Notes: a model not told the origin generated them from the sequence alone. A stretch of DNA of 32,000 nucleotides from Candidatus Saccharimonadota bacterium (GCF_012571795.1 NZ_CP046222.1:180819-212818); one strand, 5' to 3'. Positions 9,619-21,042 are shown, numbered from the stretch's first letter. A program made the numbers and translations.

Positions 9619-12600
9619 TTAATAATGTTTTTTTAAATTTTTATGTAATTCTTGTAAAGCATAGACATGATGTTTTGGATTACTTTTCATTGATAAAATT
9701 GTAGCAATAGCACTACTAATAGTAGTATTGTAATAAATATTATTTTGTAAAGCATAAATACGAATAAATTTAGATGATTTAATAGATTTTTTATCTGTAG
9801 TATTAATAATATAAGTATATTTTTTATTTTTAATATTATTAAAAATATTAGATTTTAATTTTATATTTTTTTCTACTATTGTTACTTTTAACTTAGATTG
9901 TTTTAAAACTTTAGCAGTGCCATGTGTTGCTTCAATATTAAAACCATATTGAATTAATTGTTTTGCTAATGGAATGATATATTCTTTATCTTGATTTTTT
10001 ACAGAAATTAATACTATACCTTTTTTACAAATATTATTTTTAGAACTTAATATAGCTTTTCCGAAAGCTTCTGCAAAAGTTCTTCCCAACCCCATAACTT
10101 CACCAGTGGATCTCATTTCAGGTCCTAAAATAGGATCTATCCCATAAAATTTATCAAATGGTAATATAACTTCTTTTACAGCAAAATAATTAGGAATAAT
10201 TTCTTTAGTAACATGTAATTCAGATAATTTTTTACCTATCATAACTAATGCTCCTATTTTAGCCATAGGTATACCAATTGCTTTTGAAATAAAAGGAATA
10301 GTACGTGATGCTCTCGGATTAACTTCTATTAAATATATTATGTTATTTTTTATAGCAAACTGAATATTTATTAATCCACAAATTTTTAATGTCATAGCTA
10401 TTTTTCTAACTTGTGATTTAATATTATTTATAATATCTTTAGTCAAAGTTCGTGTAGGTAAAGAACAAGCAGAATCTCCAGAATGTATTCCAGCATGTTC
10501 AATATGTTCCATAATACCACCAATAAAAACTTCTGTTTTATCACAAATAGCATCAACATCTACTTCAATAGCATTATCTAAAAATTTATCCAATAATATT
10601 GGCATATCTTCTTTAATATGATGATTATAATATTTTTGTAATTCATTTTGATTATATATTATTTCCATAGATCTCCCACCTAAAACATATGATGGACGTA
10701 TTACTATAGGATAGCCAATAATATTTGATTTATGTATAGCATCAACTAAATTATTAACAATATAATTATCAGGTTGTTTAAGTTTTAATTTTTGAATAAT
10801 ATTTTTAAATTTTTCTCTATTTTCAGCAATATCAATAGTATTAGATGAAGTGCCTAAAATATTTACTCCAAATTTAACTAATAAAGAAGATAAATTTAAA
10901 GGAGTTTGTCCACCGTATTGAATAATAACACCCTTAGGTTGTTCAATTCTAATAATTTCTAATATATTTTCTAAATTTAATGGTTCAAAATATAAACGAT
11001 TAGAGATATCATAATCAGTAGAAACAGTTTCAGGATTACAATTAATCATAATAGTTTCAAAATTATTATGACGTAATGCTAAAGATGCATGAACACAACA
11101 ATAATCAAATTCAATGCCTTGTCCTATACGATTTGGACCACTACCTAAAATAATAACTTTATTTTTATTATTAGTTACATATGCTTCACATTCAGTACTA
11201 TAAGTAGAATATATATAAGCAGTATTAGTATTAAATTCTGCTGCACATGTATCTACTCTTTTATATACAGGATGTATATTACAGTTATAACGTAATATTC
11301 TAATATTTTCTTCAGTAGAATTAACTAAAATTGCTATTCTTTTATCTGAAAAACCTTTTTGTTTTAATAAGAAAAAAAAATCTTTATTTTTTAAACATTT
11401 TATACCTGTATGAATAATTTTATGTTCGATATTTATTAATTCTTGTATTTGATGTAAAAACCATATATCTATTTTTGAAAAAAAATGTATATTATTTATA
11501 GATAATCCTAATCTAAAAGCATCAGCTATAAATCTAATTCGTTCAGGACCTGGATATTGTAATTCATATATAATTTTATCAATATTATCTTTATTTTTTA
11601 TAAAAATTTTAGAATCAAATCCACTAAGATTAGTATCTAAACTACACAATGCTTTTTGAATAGATTCTTGAAAATTTTTACCAATAGCCATTACTTCACC
11701 AACAGATTTCATTTGTGTTGTTAATCTATCATTAACATTATAAAATTTTTCAAAATTAAATTTAGGTATTTTAGTTACTATATAATCAACAGTAGGCTCA
11801 AAAGCAGCAGAAATTTTATCACTTGTGATATCATTAGTTAATTCATCGAGAGTATACCCTACAGATAATTTTGCTGATATTTTAGCTATAGGAAACCCTG
11901 TTGCTTTAGATGCTAATGCTGAAGAACGTGATACACGAGGATTCATTTCAATTACCACTAATTTGCCATTTTTAGGATTTACAGCAAATTGTACATTAGC
12001 ACCTCCAGAATTTACACCTATAGCTTCCATAATAGAAATAGCAGCGTTTCTCATGTTTTGATATTCTTTATCAGATAAAGTTTGTGCTGGTGCAACAGTA
12101 ATAGAATCACCAGTATGTATACCCATAGGATCAATATTTTCAATAGAACAAACAATAATACAATTTCCATTTTTATCTCTAATAACTTCCATTTCATATT
12201 CTTTCCAACCCATTAATGATTCGTCAATAATTAATTCATTAATAGGTGATAAATCTATACCATTGAGACATAATTGTTTAAATTCTTCTAAATTATATGC
12301 AATTCCACCTCCACTGCCTCCCATAGTAAATGAAGGACGTATAATACATGGAAAACCTATTTGATTTACACAATTTAATGCTTCTTTAAGATTATGTACA
12401 GTATAAGATACTGCCATATTTAATCCGATTTGTTTAACTATATTACTGAATGTATTTCTATTTTCTGCTTTATGTATAGCTTCTATTGTTATGCCAATGA
12501 TAGATATGTTAAATTTTTTTAAAATATTTTTTTCATGTAATTTTAATACACAATTTAAAGCCGTTTGACCTCCCATAGTAGGCAAAATTGCATCAGGTTT

Positions 12601-12843
12601 CTCTTTTTCAATAATTTTAGCAATAATTTCCCATTGTATTGGTTCAATATAAGTTACATCTGCAATATCAGGATCGGTCATAATCGTTGCAGGATTAGAA
12701 TTAACAAGAATTAACTTATATCCTTCTTTTTTTAAGGTTTTACAAGCCTGTGTTCCTGAATAATCAAATTCACATGCTTGTCCAATAACAATAGGTCCAG
12801 AACCTATAATAATAATACTTTTTATATCAGTACGTTTTGGCAT
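9619..12843 (-). CDS. carB: Carbamoyl-phosphate synthase large subunit
   Basis: 1074 aa. [30 protein letters not shown]..., with both ATP-grasp halves and the C-terminal MGS-like allosteric domain ([17 protein letters not shown]). It is colinear with E. coli CarB. Confidence 0.98.
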   Translation of the reverse strand: MPKRTDIKSIIIIGSGPIVIGQACEFDYSGTQACKTLKKEGYKLILVNSNPATIMTDPDIADVTYIEPIQWEIIAKIIEKEKPDAILPTMGGQTALNCVLKLHEKNILKKFNISIIGITIEAIHKAENRNTFSNIVKQIGLNMAVSYTVHNLKEALNCVNQIGFPCIIRPSFTMGGSGGGIAYNLEEFKQLCLNGIDLSPINELIIDESLMGWKEYEMEVIRDKNGNCIIVCSIENIDPMGIHTGDSITVAPAQTLSDKEYQNMRNAAISIMEAIGVNSGGANVQFAVNPKNGKLVVIEMNPRVSRSSALASKATGFPIAKISAKLSVGYTLDELTNDITSDKISAAFEPTVDYIVTKIPKFNFEKFYNVNDRLTTQMKSVGEVMAIGKNFQESIQKALCSLDTNLSGFDSKIFIKNKDNIDKIIYELQYPGPERIRFIADAFRLGLSINNIHFFSKIDIWFLHQIQELINIEHKIIHTGIKCLKNKDFFFLLKQKGFSDKRIAILVNSTEENIRILRYNCNIHPVYKRVDTCAAEFNTNTAYIYSTYSTECEAYVTNNKNKVIILGSGPNRIGQGIEFDYCCVHASLALRHNNFETIMINCNPETVSTDYDISNRLYFEPLNLENILEIIRIEQPKGVIIQYGGQTPLNLSSLLVKFGVNILGTSSNTIDIAENREKFKNIIQKLKLKQPDNYIVNNLVDAIHKSNIIGYPIVIRPSYVLGGRSMEIIYNQNELQKYYNHHIKEDMPILLDKFLDNAIEVDVDAICDKTEVFIGGIMEHIEHAGIHSGDSACSLPTRTLTKDIINNIKSQVRKIAMTLKICGLINIQFAIKNNIIYLIEVNPRASRTIPFISKAIGIPMAKIGALVMIGKKLSELHVTKEIIPNYFAVKEVILPFDKFYGIDPILGPEMRSTGEVMGLGRTFAEAFGKAILSSKNNICKKGIVLISVKNQDKEYIIPLAKQLIQYGFNIEATHGTAKVLKQSKLKVTIVEKNIKLKSNIFNNIKNKKYTYIINTTDKKSIKSSKFIRIYALQNNIYYNTTISSAIATILSMKSNPKHHVYALQELHKNLKKHY

Positions 12844-12846
12844 ATT

Positions 12847-13986
12847 TTATATACTCTTATATTTCTTATAACAATATTTGTGTATTAATTTTATAAAATA
12901 ATCAAATAAAATAGATATATCATGTGGTCCTGGATTAGCTTCTGGATGTCCTTGAAAACCAAAAGCTGGTTTATAACGATGATGTATTCCTTGTATAGTG
13001 CCATCAAAAAGTGATATATGTGTAATATATAAGTTTTTTGGAAAATTATTATGATTTACTGTAAAACCGTGATTTTGAGCAGTAATAAATATTTTATTGG
13101 TTTTTAAATCTTTAACTGGATGGTTACTACCATGATGTCCTATAATCATTTTTGTTATTATAGCATTATTAGCTAATGCTAATAATTGATGTCCTAAACA
13201 AATACCAAAAATAGGTATATCTGTTTTTAATATTTTTTTAATTGTATTAATAATAAATGTACATGGTTGTGGATCTCCAGGACCATTAGATAAAAAAATA
13301 CCATCAGGATTTAAATTCATTACTTCTTCAAAAGAAGTGTATGCATTTATTACAGTAATACGACATCCACGTAATACTAACATATTAAGTATATTGGTTT
13401 TAATACCAAAGTCATACGCTATGATATGCATAATAGAATTATTATGTTTAATATGTAGTTTATTAAAAATATAGGAATAATTCATTGTAGTTGTAATTTT
13501 TTTAACTAAATTAATTCCTGATAATCCTGGTGAAGATTTTATTTTTTTTATTAGTATATCTTTATTAATATTATTTTGTCCTGTAATAATACATCCTTTA
13601 TTAATTTTTTTATTACGTAATAATCTTGTTAATTTTCTAGTATCAATATTTGTAATAGTAATAATATTATTTGTTTGTAAAAATTTTTTTAATGTCATAT
13701 AACTACGATAACTACTAGCAATTTCAGAAATATTTTGTATAACTAATCCTTTTAAATATATTTTAGATGATTCATTATCTTCTAAAGAAATACCAACATT
13801 ACCGATATGTGGATAAGTTAATATTACAATTTGTTGAAAATAAGATGGATCTGTAATAATTTCTTGATATCCTGTCATAGAAGTATTAAAAACTAATTCT
13901 CCTGTTACTATCCCTTTTACTCCAATAGATTTTCCTGTAAATATTGTACTATCTTCCATAATTAACCATGCTTTATCATTAAACAA
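12847..13986 (-). CDS. carA: Carbamoyl-phosphate synthase small (glutamine amidotransferase) subunit, probable TTG start
   Basis: Contains VFNTSMTGYQEIITDPSY, GICLGHQLLA (catalytic Cys) and GHPEANPGPHD. The track start at 13998 is a TTG. A second in-frame TTG at 13986 lies 4 nt after GGAGGA (13996..13991) and aligns best with the E. coli N-terminus. There is no in-frame ATG between the upstream stop (14040..14038) and the conserved N-terminal strand. The carA stop and the carB ATG are 3 nt apart. Confidence 0.93.
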   Translation of the reverse strand: MFNDKAWLIMEDSTIFTGKSIGVKGIVTGELVFNTSMTGYQEIITDPSYFQQIVILTYPHIGNVGISLEDNESSKIYLKGLVIQNISEIASSYRSYMTLKKFLQTNNIITITNIDTRKLTRLLRNKKINKGCIITGQNNINKDILIKKIKSSPGLSGINLVKKITTTMNYSYIFNKLHIKHNNSIMHIIAYDFGIKTNILNMLVLRGCRITVINAYTSFEEVMNLNPDGIFLSNGPGDPQPCTFIINTIKKILKTDIPIFGICLGHQLLALANNAIITKMIIGHHGSNHPVKDLKTNKIFITAQNHGFTVNHNNFPKNLYITHISLFDGTIQGIHHRYKPAFGFQGHPEANPGPHDISILFDYFIKLIHKYCYKKYKSI

Positions 13987-14161
13987 AGAATCCTCCAAAA
14001 TATTATTTTTTAAAAAATGTATAAAACATAAAATTATTTAATAATATTATTTATTAATTTATTAAATATTTACATTTTATTTATAGATAAAATAATGAAT
14101 TATTTATATAAAGTATTTGAATAAAAATATAAAATATATGACATAATAAAATATATAAATT

Positions 14162-14195
14162 ATATACTCTCTTTTAATATCAAGAGAGAGTATAT
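14162..14195 (-). terminator. Possible intrinsic terminator downstream of ilvC
   Basis: On the minus strand, an 11-bp stem ATATACTCTCT / AGAGAGTATAT (extendable with one mismatch) is followed by AAUUUAUAUAUUUUA. It lies 22 nt after the ilvC stop. Confidence 0.35.
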
Positions 14196-14216
14196 TATAA
14201 TATATTAATATTGATT

Positions 14217-15686
14217 TTAATATGTAAAAGACTTCATATTTGTCATATATTTACGTAAAATATTGCCTGTTATTTCAATAGGATGATTATGAATATTATT
14301 ATTTATTTCCATTAAATTAATATTAGTAATGTTTATAGTAGGTTTAATAATACCTATATCTTCATTATTTAAATTCAATATAAAATCCTTTAATAAAGGT
14401 ATAGCTCTATTAGTAAATAAATAATTACCATATTCAGCTGTATCAGATATTACTCTATTCATTTCATACAATTTTTTTCTTTTAATAGTATTAGCTATTA
14501 AAGGTAATTCATGCAATGATTCATAATATGCTGATTCTGATGATATTCCTGTTTCTTGCATAATTTCATAAGATAATTCAACACTAGCTTTAATAATAGC
14601 TATCATAAAGATACCACGTTCAAAAACTATTTTTTCTGTAACAATTTGTTTATTATTAACAATACTTTTTTCAAATATATTTTGTTGATATTTGTTTCTC
14701 CAATGAAGTAAATCATTATCATTATTTTTCCAATCTGATATAAGATTTTTTGTAAATTGTCCAGAAATAATATCATCCATATGTTTTTTAAATAATGGTT
14801 TGAGTATTTTTTTTAATATTAGAGATAATTGATATGCATGTATTTTACTATAATTATCTAATCTATCCATCATTAAACTAATACCACCACATTTTAAGGA
14901 TTCAGTAATATATTCCCAACCAAATTGAATAAATTGTGATGCATATATATGATCTACATTTTCATTAATTAGTTTTTGAAAAAATAAAATAGATGCTGTT
15001 TGTAACATTCCACATAATACTGTTTGTTCACCCATTAAATCAGACTTAACTTCTGCTATAAAAGAAGATTCTAATACTCCAGCTCTATGACTGCCTATAG
15101 CTACAGCCCAAGCTTTTGTTATATCTAAAGCATATTGTTTATTAGTATATTGATGAATAGCAATTAATGCAGGTACACCAAAATTTTTTTTATATTCTTC
15201 CCTTACTTCAGTACCAGGACATTTTGGTGCAACCATAATAACATTAATATTATTTGGTATTTGTTCACCTTCTTCTATAATATTAAAACCATGAGAATAT
15301 CCTAACGTTGCATTTTGTTTCATTAAATGTTTTATATTTTTTAATACAATATTATGATATTTATCTGGTGTTAAATTAATTATTAAATCTGCTTGTGGTA
15401 TTAATTCCTCATATGTACCAACAACAAATTGATTATTAATTGCTCTTTGCCAAGATTGATTTTGATTTTTTATTGCGTTATGTGTTAATACATAAGAGAT
15501 ATTTAATCCAGAATCCCTCATATTTAATCCCTGATTTAACCCTTGTGCACCACATCCAATAATAACAATATTTTTATTTTTTAATATATCAACTCCATAC
15601 ATAAATTCTTTTATATGCATTAATCTAGATTTTTGTAAATTTTTTAATTTTTCACGAAAATTCAAGTTATTAAAATAATTATTCAT
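14217..15686 (-). CDS. ilvC: Ketol-acid reductoisomerase (NADP+), class II
   Basis: 489 aa. [14 protein letters not shown]..., [42 protein letters not shown] and [16 protein letters not shown] are colinear with E. coli IlvC. Confidence 0.98.
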   Translation of the reverse strand: MNNYFNNLNFREKLKNLQKSRLMHIKEFMYGVDILKNKNIVIIGCGAQGLNQGLNMRDSGLNISYVLTHNAIKNQNQSWQRAINNQFVVGTYEELIPQADLIINLTPDKYHNIVLKNIKHLMKQNATLGYSHGFNIIEEGEQIPNNINVIMVAPKCPGTEVREEYKKNFGVPALIAIHQYTNKQYALDITKAWAVAIGSHRAGVLESSFIAEVKSDLMGEQTVLCGMLQTASILFFQKLINENVDHIYASQFIQFGWEYITESLKCGGISLMMDRLDNYSKIHAYQLSLILKKILKPLFKKHMDDIISGQFTKNLISDWKNNDNDLLHWRNKYQQNIFEKSIVNNKQIVTEKIVFERGIFMIAIIKASVELSYEIMQETGISSESAYYESLHELPLIANTIKRKKLYEMNRVISDTAEYGNYLFTNRAIPLLKDFILNLNNEDIGIIKPTINITNINLMEINNNIHNHPIEITGNILRKYMTNMKSFTY

Positions 15687-15902
15687 AAATATAAACCTTA
15701 TATAAAGTTATATACAATTTATTATATAGTTCTATATATGAAAAATATTATAAAAATGTTTACTTATTAATAAAATAATATTTTTACTAATATTTTTCAT
15801 AATAAATAATATTATATATAATATTTATAAAAAAATATAATTTAAAAAAAGTTGTGTTTTATATTAAATAATTATATTTAAAATATATAATATTTAATAG
15901 TT

Positions 15903-17750
15903 TTATAATTTATTTTTATCTCTTACTGCACCTTTATCAGCTCCAGTGACTAAAGCCGCATAAGCTTTTAATGATATAGATATATTTCTATGTCTTTTAA
16001 TTTTAGGAGTATAGGATAAATATCCTCTATTTTGCTCTATCTGTATTCTTTTTTGTATTATTGTAGAAGAAACATTTAAATGTATTGTTCGATTAGGTAT
16101 ATTAATTTCTATAATATCATTATTTTCAATTATAGAAATTAAACCTTTGTTAGCTGCTTCTGGTGATATATGACCAATAGATAAACCAGAAGAACCTCCA
16201 GAAAAACGTCCATCAGTAATTAAAGCGCAACTTTTATCTAAATTCATAGATTTTAAATATGATGTAGGATATAACATTTCTTGCATGCCTGGACCACCTT
16301 TTGGACCTTCATACCTTATAACTATAACATCACCAGGACATATTTCTTTATGTAAAATACCATATACTGCAGCTTCTTGACTTTCATATACTTTTGCTTT
16401 GCCAGTAAAAACTAACAATTTTTTATATACACTAGCTGTTTTTACTACACATCCATTAGTTGCAATATTACCATATAAAACAGCCAATCCACCATCTTTA
16501 CTAAAAGCATGTTTTATAGATCGTATACACCCATTTATTCTATCATTATCTAATTTATTAAATAAATTATTTTGTGAAAAAGGTATTATAGTTTTTTTAT
16601 TACCTGGTGCAGACATAAAAAAATTTTGAATTTTTTTATTTTTAGTTAATTGTATATCATAATTATGAATAGTTTCTTCTAAAGTTAAATTCATAATATT
16701 TTTAACTTGTGGATATATTAATTTGTTTCTATATAATTCTCCTAATAAACTTATTACTCCACCAGCTCTATGGAAATCTTCAATATAATATTGTTTAGTG
16801 CTTGGAGATAACATACATATCCAAGGGATTTGTTTAGATAGTTGATCTATTTCTAATAATTTTAATGAAATATTTGCTTCTTGTGCTAAAGCTAACATAT
16901 GCAAAATAGTATTAGTAGAACCCCCCATAGCAATATCCATCATAATAGCATTTTTAAATGATTTTTTGTTGGCAATATTTCTAGGTAAAATAGTAATATC
17001 ATTATGATGATAATATTGTTTAGTAATATTTACTATTGTTTGTGCTGATAAAATGCATAATTTTTTACGTTTAGCATGTGTTGCTAATAAAGTACCATTA
17101 CCTGGTAATGCTAGACCTAATGCTTCTGTTAAACAATTCATAGAATTTGCAGTAAACATACCAGAACAAGAACCACATGTAGGACAAGCATTTAATTCAA
17201 TATTATTAATATTTTTTGTTGATTGTTTTATATTTGCTGCATAAACCATAGCATCAACTAAATCTATTTTTTTATCTTCAGAATCTATATTAATTTTACC
17301 TGCTTCCATTGGACCACCTGAAATAAATACAGTAGGTATATTTAAACGCAAACTAGCCATTAACATACCTGGTGTAATTTTATCACAGTTAGATATACAA
17401 ATCATAGCATCAACACAATGAGCATTAATAACATACTCAACAGAATCAGCTATAAGTTCTCTAGATGGTAAAGAATATAACATACCGTTATGTCCCATAG
17501 CTATTCCATCATCAATAGCTATTGTATTAAATTCTTTAGCAACTGCACCTTGTCGAATAATTTCTTTAGAAATAATATTTGCTATATCTCGTAAATGTAT
17601 ATGTCCTGGAACAAATTGTGAAAATGAATTTACTACAGCAATAATAGGTTTAGTAAAATCATCATCTTTCATGCCAGTAGCTCTCCATAATGCTCTAGCT
17701 CCTGCCATATTACGACCTTGTGTTGTAATTAACGAACGATACTTAGGCAT
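15903..17750 (-). CDS. ilvD: Dihydroxy-acid dehydratase
   Basis: 615 aa. [27 protein letters not shown]..., [11 protein letters not shown] and the Fe-S ligand region [17 protein letters not shown] are colinear with E. coli IlvD. Confidence 0.98.
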   Translation of the reverse strand: MPKYRSLITTQGRNMAGARALWRATGMKDDDFTKPIIAVVNSFSQFVPGHIHLRDIANIISKEIIRQGAVAKEFNTIAIDDGIAMGHNGMLYSLPSRELIADSVEYVINAHCVDAMICISNCDKITPGMLMASLRLNIPTVFISGGPMEAGKINIDSEDKKIDLVDAMVYAANIKQSTKNINNIELNACPTCGSCSGMFTANSMNCLTEALGLALPGNGTLLATHAKRKKLCILSAQTIVNITKQYYHHNDITILPRNIANKKSFKNAIMMDIAMGGSTNTILHMLALAQEANISLKLLEIDQLSKQIPWICMLSPSTKQYYIEDFHRAGGVISLLGELYRNKLIYPQVKNIMNLTLEETIHNYDIQLTKNKKIQNFFMSAPGNKKTIIPFSQNNLFNKLDNDRINGCIRSIKHAFSKDGGLAVLYGNIATNGCVVKTASVYKKLLVFTGKAKVYESQEAAVYGILHKEICPGDVIVIRYEGPKGGPGMQEMLYPTSYLKSMNLDKSCALITDGRFSGGSSGLSIGHISPEAANKGLISIIENNDIIEINIPNRTIHLNVSSTIIQKRIQIEQNRGYLSYTPKIKRHRNISISLKAYAALVTGADKGAVRDKNKL

Positions 17751-17783
17751 ATCAAATCTCTTATATTGTTAAATTATTAATAA

Positions 17784-18710
17784 TTAATGAATATAATCTA
17801 ACCAATTCCATTGGTCGTATATTTTCCCTTTAAATAAGTTAAAAAAATGTTTCTGAATAATTTGAGTATATTTTCCTATTTCTCCATTATTTATTAATAT
17901 ATCATCTATACTACGTACAGGAGTTATTTCAGCAGCTGTTCCTGTTAAAAACATTTCATCTGCTAAATATAAAGATTCTCTTAATAAATAAGATTCTTTA
18001 ATTGTTATATGTAACAACTTAGCAATTTTTAAAATTGAATCTCTAGTAATGCCAGGCAATATTGAAGAAGTAATCGGTGGGGTAAATAAAATATGATTTT
18101 TTATAATAAAAACATTTTCTCCTGCACCTTCGGCAACAAATCCTAAATGATTTAACGCTATGCCTTCATGATATCCATGACGTCGTGCTTCACTGCCTAT
18201 TAACAACGAAGATAAATAATTTCCACTAGCTTTAGCTATATTAGATATAGTATTAGGTTGTACTTTATGCCATGATGAAATCATAGTATCAATTCCTTGA
18301 TTAATTTTATTAGTATTAAGATAATTGTCCCATGGAAAAGCACTAATCATTATATCTGTACAATAATCCTTTGGAGGATGAATACCTAATCCAACATCAC
18401 CAATAAATACTAAAATTCTAATATAAGCTTCTACAAGATTATTAATTTTAATTATTGAATTTACTGCATGTATAATTTCTTGCATAGAAAATTTTAAAGG
18501 TAAACGATAAATTTTAGCAGAATTAAATAAACGTTCAATATGATCTATATGACGGAAAATAGCAGGACCTTTATAAGAATTATAACATCTTATACCTTCG
18601 AATACAGAAGTGCCATAATGTAAAGCATGTGTCATAACACTTATTTTTGCTGTTTCCCATTTTATTATATTACCATTTAACCAAATAAAATCTGCTTTTT
18701 TGGTAGACAT
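17784..18710 (-). CDS. ilvE: Branched-chain amino acid aminotransferase
   Basis: 308 aa. MSTKKADFIWLNGNIIKWETAKISVMTHALHYGTSVFEGIRCY is near-identical to the E. coli IlvE N-terminus. An AGGA Shine-Dalgarno lies upstream. Confidence 0.97.
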   Translation of the reverse strand: MSTKKADFIWLNGNIIKWETAKISVMTHALHYGTSVFEGIRCYNSYKGPAIFRHIDHIERLFNSAKIYRLPLKFSMQEIIHAVNSIIKINNLVEAYIRILVFIGDVGLGIHPPKDYCTDIMISAFPWDNYLNTNKINQGIDTMISSWHKVQPNTISNIAKASGNYLSSLLIGSEARRHGYHEGIALNHLGFVAEGAGENVFIIKNHILFTPPITSSILPGITRDSILKIAKLLHITIKESYLLRESLYLADEMFLTGTAAEITPVRSIDDILINNGEIGKYTQIIQKHFFNLFKGKIYDQWNWLDYIH

Positions 18711-18762
18711 TATTATGTTCCTTATTTTAATTAAAATAGCAGCATTATTTATAGTATTTGGA

Positions 18763-18993
18763 TTATCGAATAATAATATCTAAAACATCAATTAATTTAA
18801 ATATTTGTTTAACCAATAATTCTATAGTCTTATAACTCATAATAGTTAATTGAAAAAGCATTTTATTAGTATTCTTATCTGTATTCATCTTCATATTGTA
18901 TAATATAAATCCTCTATGACGTATAATTCTTATTATACGTTCTATAACATCTTGATTAATATTAGTTGTAATATATAAATTATACTGTTTCAT
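18763..18993 (-). CDS. ilvM: Acetolactate synthase II small (regulatory) subunit
   Basis: 76 aa. The VIERIIRIIRHRGFILYNMKM motif matches E. coli IlvM (LERVLRVVRHRGFHVCSMNM). Its ATG directly abuts the ilvG stop (TAAATG). Confidence 0.85.
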   Translation of the reverse strand: MKQYNLYITTNINQDVIERIIRIIRHRGFILYNMKMNTDKNTNKMLFQLTIMSYKTIELLVKQIFKLIDVLDIIIR

Positions 18994-20661
18994 TTAATCT
19001 TGCTCTATCATATGATCATTACTTTTTCCAGGAGGTACTAATGGCCAAACATTATCATGTTCATTAATAGTTACATGTAATATATAAGCGTTTTGTGTAC
19101 TTAACATTTGTTTACAACCATTATCAATTTCACTAAATTTATTAATACTACATCCATCTATACCAAAAGCAGAAGCTAATACTATAAAATTCGGATTATC
19201 CCATAATATAGTTTCACTATATCTTTTATTAAAAAATATTTGTTGCCATTGTCTTACCATTCCTAAACGTTTATTATCTAATAAAACAATTTTAATGGGT
19301 AATTTTTTACGTTTAATAGTACTTAATTCTTGTATATTCATTACAAAAGAACCATCTCCAGAAATACAAATCACTTGATCATCTGGATAAGCAATTTGTG
19401 CACCAATTGCTGCTGGTAACCCAAACCCCATAGTGCCTAATCCACTAGAAGTAATAAATTTTCTAGGATGTGAGAAAAACATATGTTGTGCTACCCACAT
19501 TTGATGTTGTCCTACATCAGTCGTAATAATTGTGTTTTTTTTTAACATATTAGATAATTTATTTAAAAATATAGGAGCATAAATTTTATTATTTATATTA
19601 TAATTAACATTATAAATCCATGAATATTTCTTTTTAAGTTTTATAATATATTTTTGCCATACAGTAATATTAATAGGTTTAGATAATAATGGGATTATAT
19701 CTTTAACATCTCCTAATAATGCAATATCTACTAAACAAATTTTATTAATTTCAGCATCATCTATATCTATATGTATAATTTTAGCATTAGGAGCAAATTC
19801 TCTTGTATTTCCAGTAACTCTATCATCAAATCTTGCACCAACTGCAATAAGTAAATCACATTGTTGTACTGCATAATTTGCAGCTTTATTACCATGCATG
19901 CCTAACATACCTAAATAATATTGATAAGTATGACATATAGTACCTAACCCTTTTAATGTAACTACAGTTGGTATTTTTGTATAATTTATAAATGTTCGTA
20001 ATATAATAATAGCATTACTAATATTTACTCCACCACCAATATATAAGATTGGCATACTAGATTTTTCTATTAATTTATTAGCTTTAATAATATTACTATT
20101 TATACAATTAATAATTTTATTATTTTTACTATTTGCATATTTATTATTATAATCAATAGCTATATTTTTAGCTAATTGTATATCTTTAGGTATGTCAATT
20201 AAAACCGGTCCAGGACGATTAGATAATGCAATAATACATGCTTTATTAATTGTATTACATATTTCTGATGGTGATTTAATTAAAAAACTGTGTTTTGTAC
20301 ATCCTAAAGACATACCTATAATATCTGTTTCTTGAAAAGCATCAGTGCCAATTAATGATAATGGTACTTGGCCAGTAATTGCTATAATAGGAATAGAATC
20401 TGCCATAGCATCTGCAATACCTGTAATAAGATTTGTCGCACCAGGTCCTGAAGTCGCTATACATACTCCTATACATCCTGTAGAACGCGCATATCCAATA
20501 GCGGCCATAGCAGCAGCTTGTTCATGTCTACATAATATATGTTCTATTTGTGCATTATATAATGCATCATATAATGGCATAATAGCTCCACCTGGATAAC
20601 CAAAAACTGTTTTAATATTATTTATTTGTAATGCATAAATTATGCATTCAGCACCATTCAT
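18994..20661 (-). CDS. ilvG: Acetolactate synthase II large subunit (ThDP/FAD enzyme)
   Basis: 555 aa. MNGAECIIYALQINNIKTVFGYPGGAIMPLYDAL matches the E. coli IlvG N-terminus. The ThDP motif GDGSFVMNIQEL is present. The reading frame is uninterrupted. Confidence 0.96.
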   Translation of the reverse strand: MNGAECIIYALQINNIKTVFGYPGGAIMPLYDALYNAQIEHILCRHEQAAAMAAIGYARSTGCIGVCIATSGPGATNLITGIADAMADSIPIIAITGQVPLSLIGTDAFQETDIIGMSLGCTKHSFLIKSPSEICNTINKACIIALSNRPGPVLIDIPKDIQLAKNIAIDYNNKYANSKNNKIINCINSNIIKANKLIEKSSMPILYIGGGVNISNAIIILRTFINYTKIPTVVTLKGLGTICHTYQYYLGMLGMHGNKAANYAVQQCDLLIAVGARFDDRVTGNTREFAPNAKIIHIDIDDAEINKICLVDIALLGDVKDIIPLLSKPINITVWQKYIIKLKKKYSWIYNVNYNINNKIYAPIFLNKLSNMLKKNTIITTDVGQHQMWVAQHMFFSHPRKFITSSGLGTMGFGLPAAIGAQIAYPDDQVICISGDGSFVMNIQELSTIKRKKLPIKIVLLDNKRLGMVRQWQQIFFNKRYSETILWDNPNFIVLASAFGIDGCSINKFSEIDNGCKQMLSTQNAYILHVTINEHDNVWPLVPPGKSNDHMIEQD

Positions 20662-20870
20662 TAATACTATACCTCTATCTTTTATATTTTTATTGATAAA
20701 AATATTATAATATTTTATATTTATATATAAAAATATATAATATATTATTATAAAATGTATATTTTTAACAAATAAAAGAATTTATATTGATATTTTTTGA
20801 ATATTTAATTGCTTCAAAAATAGTATGAAAAATTAATATATTTTAAAAAAGAAGTATAATATTTATTATT

Positions 20871-20908
20871 TATATAATTTTGATAAATTAATTTATAAAA
20901 ATTATATA
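20871..20908. repeat. 38-bp near-perfect palindrome composed almost entirely of A/T
   Basis: TATATAATTTTGATAAATT | AATTTATAAAAATTATATA pairs at 18 of 19 positions, with one G-A mismatch. It lies about 40 nt downstream (minus-strand sense) of the tRNA-Trp 3' end. Confidence 0.6.
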
Positions 20909-20946
20909 AATAATAAGCTAATCTTAGGAATTTATTAAATATAAAA

Positions 20947-21020
20947 CAGGGATGGAGGGATTTGAACCCTCAACTACCGGTTTTGGAGACCGATGCTCTA
21001 CCAATTTGAACTACATCCCT
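20947..21020 (-). tRNA. trpT: tRNA-Trp (anticodon CCA)
   Basis: The reverse complement AGGGATGTAGTTCAAATTGGTAGAGCATCGGTCTCCAAAACCGGTAGTTGAGGGTTCAAATCCCTCCATCCCTG has anticodon loop CTCCAAA. It is close to E. coli tRNA-Trp, including the A1-U72 pair and the G73 discriminator. Confidence 0.93.
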
Positions 21021-21033
21021 TTAAAAAAATTTA

Positions 21034-21042
21034 ATTATATCA
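21034..21042 (-). promoter_or_regulatory. Candidate extended -10 promoter element for tRNA-Trp
   Basis: The minus strand reads TGATATAAT (TGnTATAAT) and ends 13 nt upstream of the tRNA 5' end. No convincing -35 is present. TATAAT strings are frequent in this composition. Confidence 0.3.

Noticed and set aside
11825-12061. 78-aa track ORF on the plus strand
   Set aside because: It is antisense inside carB, with no independent support.
15737-15801. 14-bp inverted repeat (TATGAAAAATATTA / TAATATTTTTCATA, 37-nt spacer) in the ilvD-ilvC spacer
   Set aside because: By my rough estimate, about one repeat of this length and composition is expected by chance in 32 kb of such AT-rich DNA. The stem is AU-only with a large loop, so it is not a convincing terminator.
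16399-16629. 76-aa track ORF on the plus strand
   Set aside because: It is antisense inside ilvD, with no independent support.
17053-17244. 63-aa track ORF on the plus strand
   Set aside because: It is antisense inside ilvD, with no independent support.
20345-20599. 84-aa track ORF on the plus strand
   Set aside because: It is antisense inside the conserved ThDP-binding N-terminal region of ilvG.
20794-20820. Small hairpin TTTTTGAA-N11-TTCAAAAA as an ilv attenuator or trpT terminator
   Set aside because: It has only 8 bp with a single G-C pair at each end of the core, no trailing U-tract in the transcribed orientation, and no associated leader ORF.
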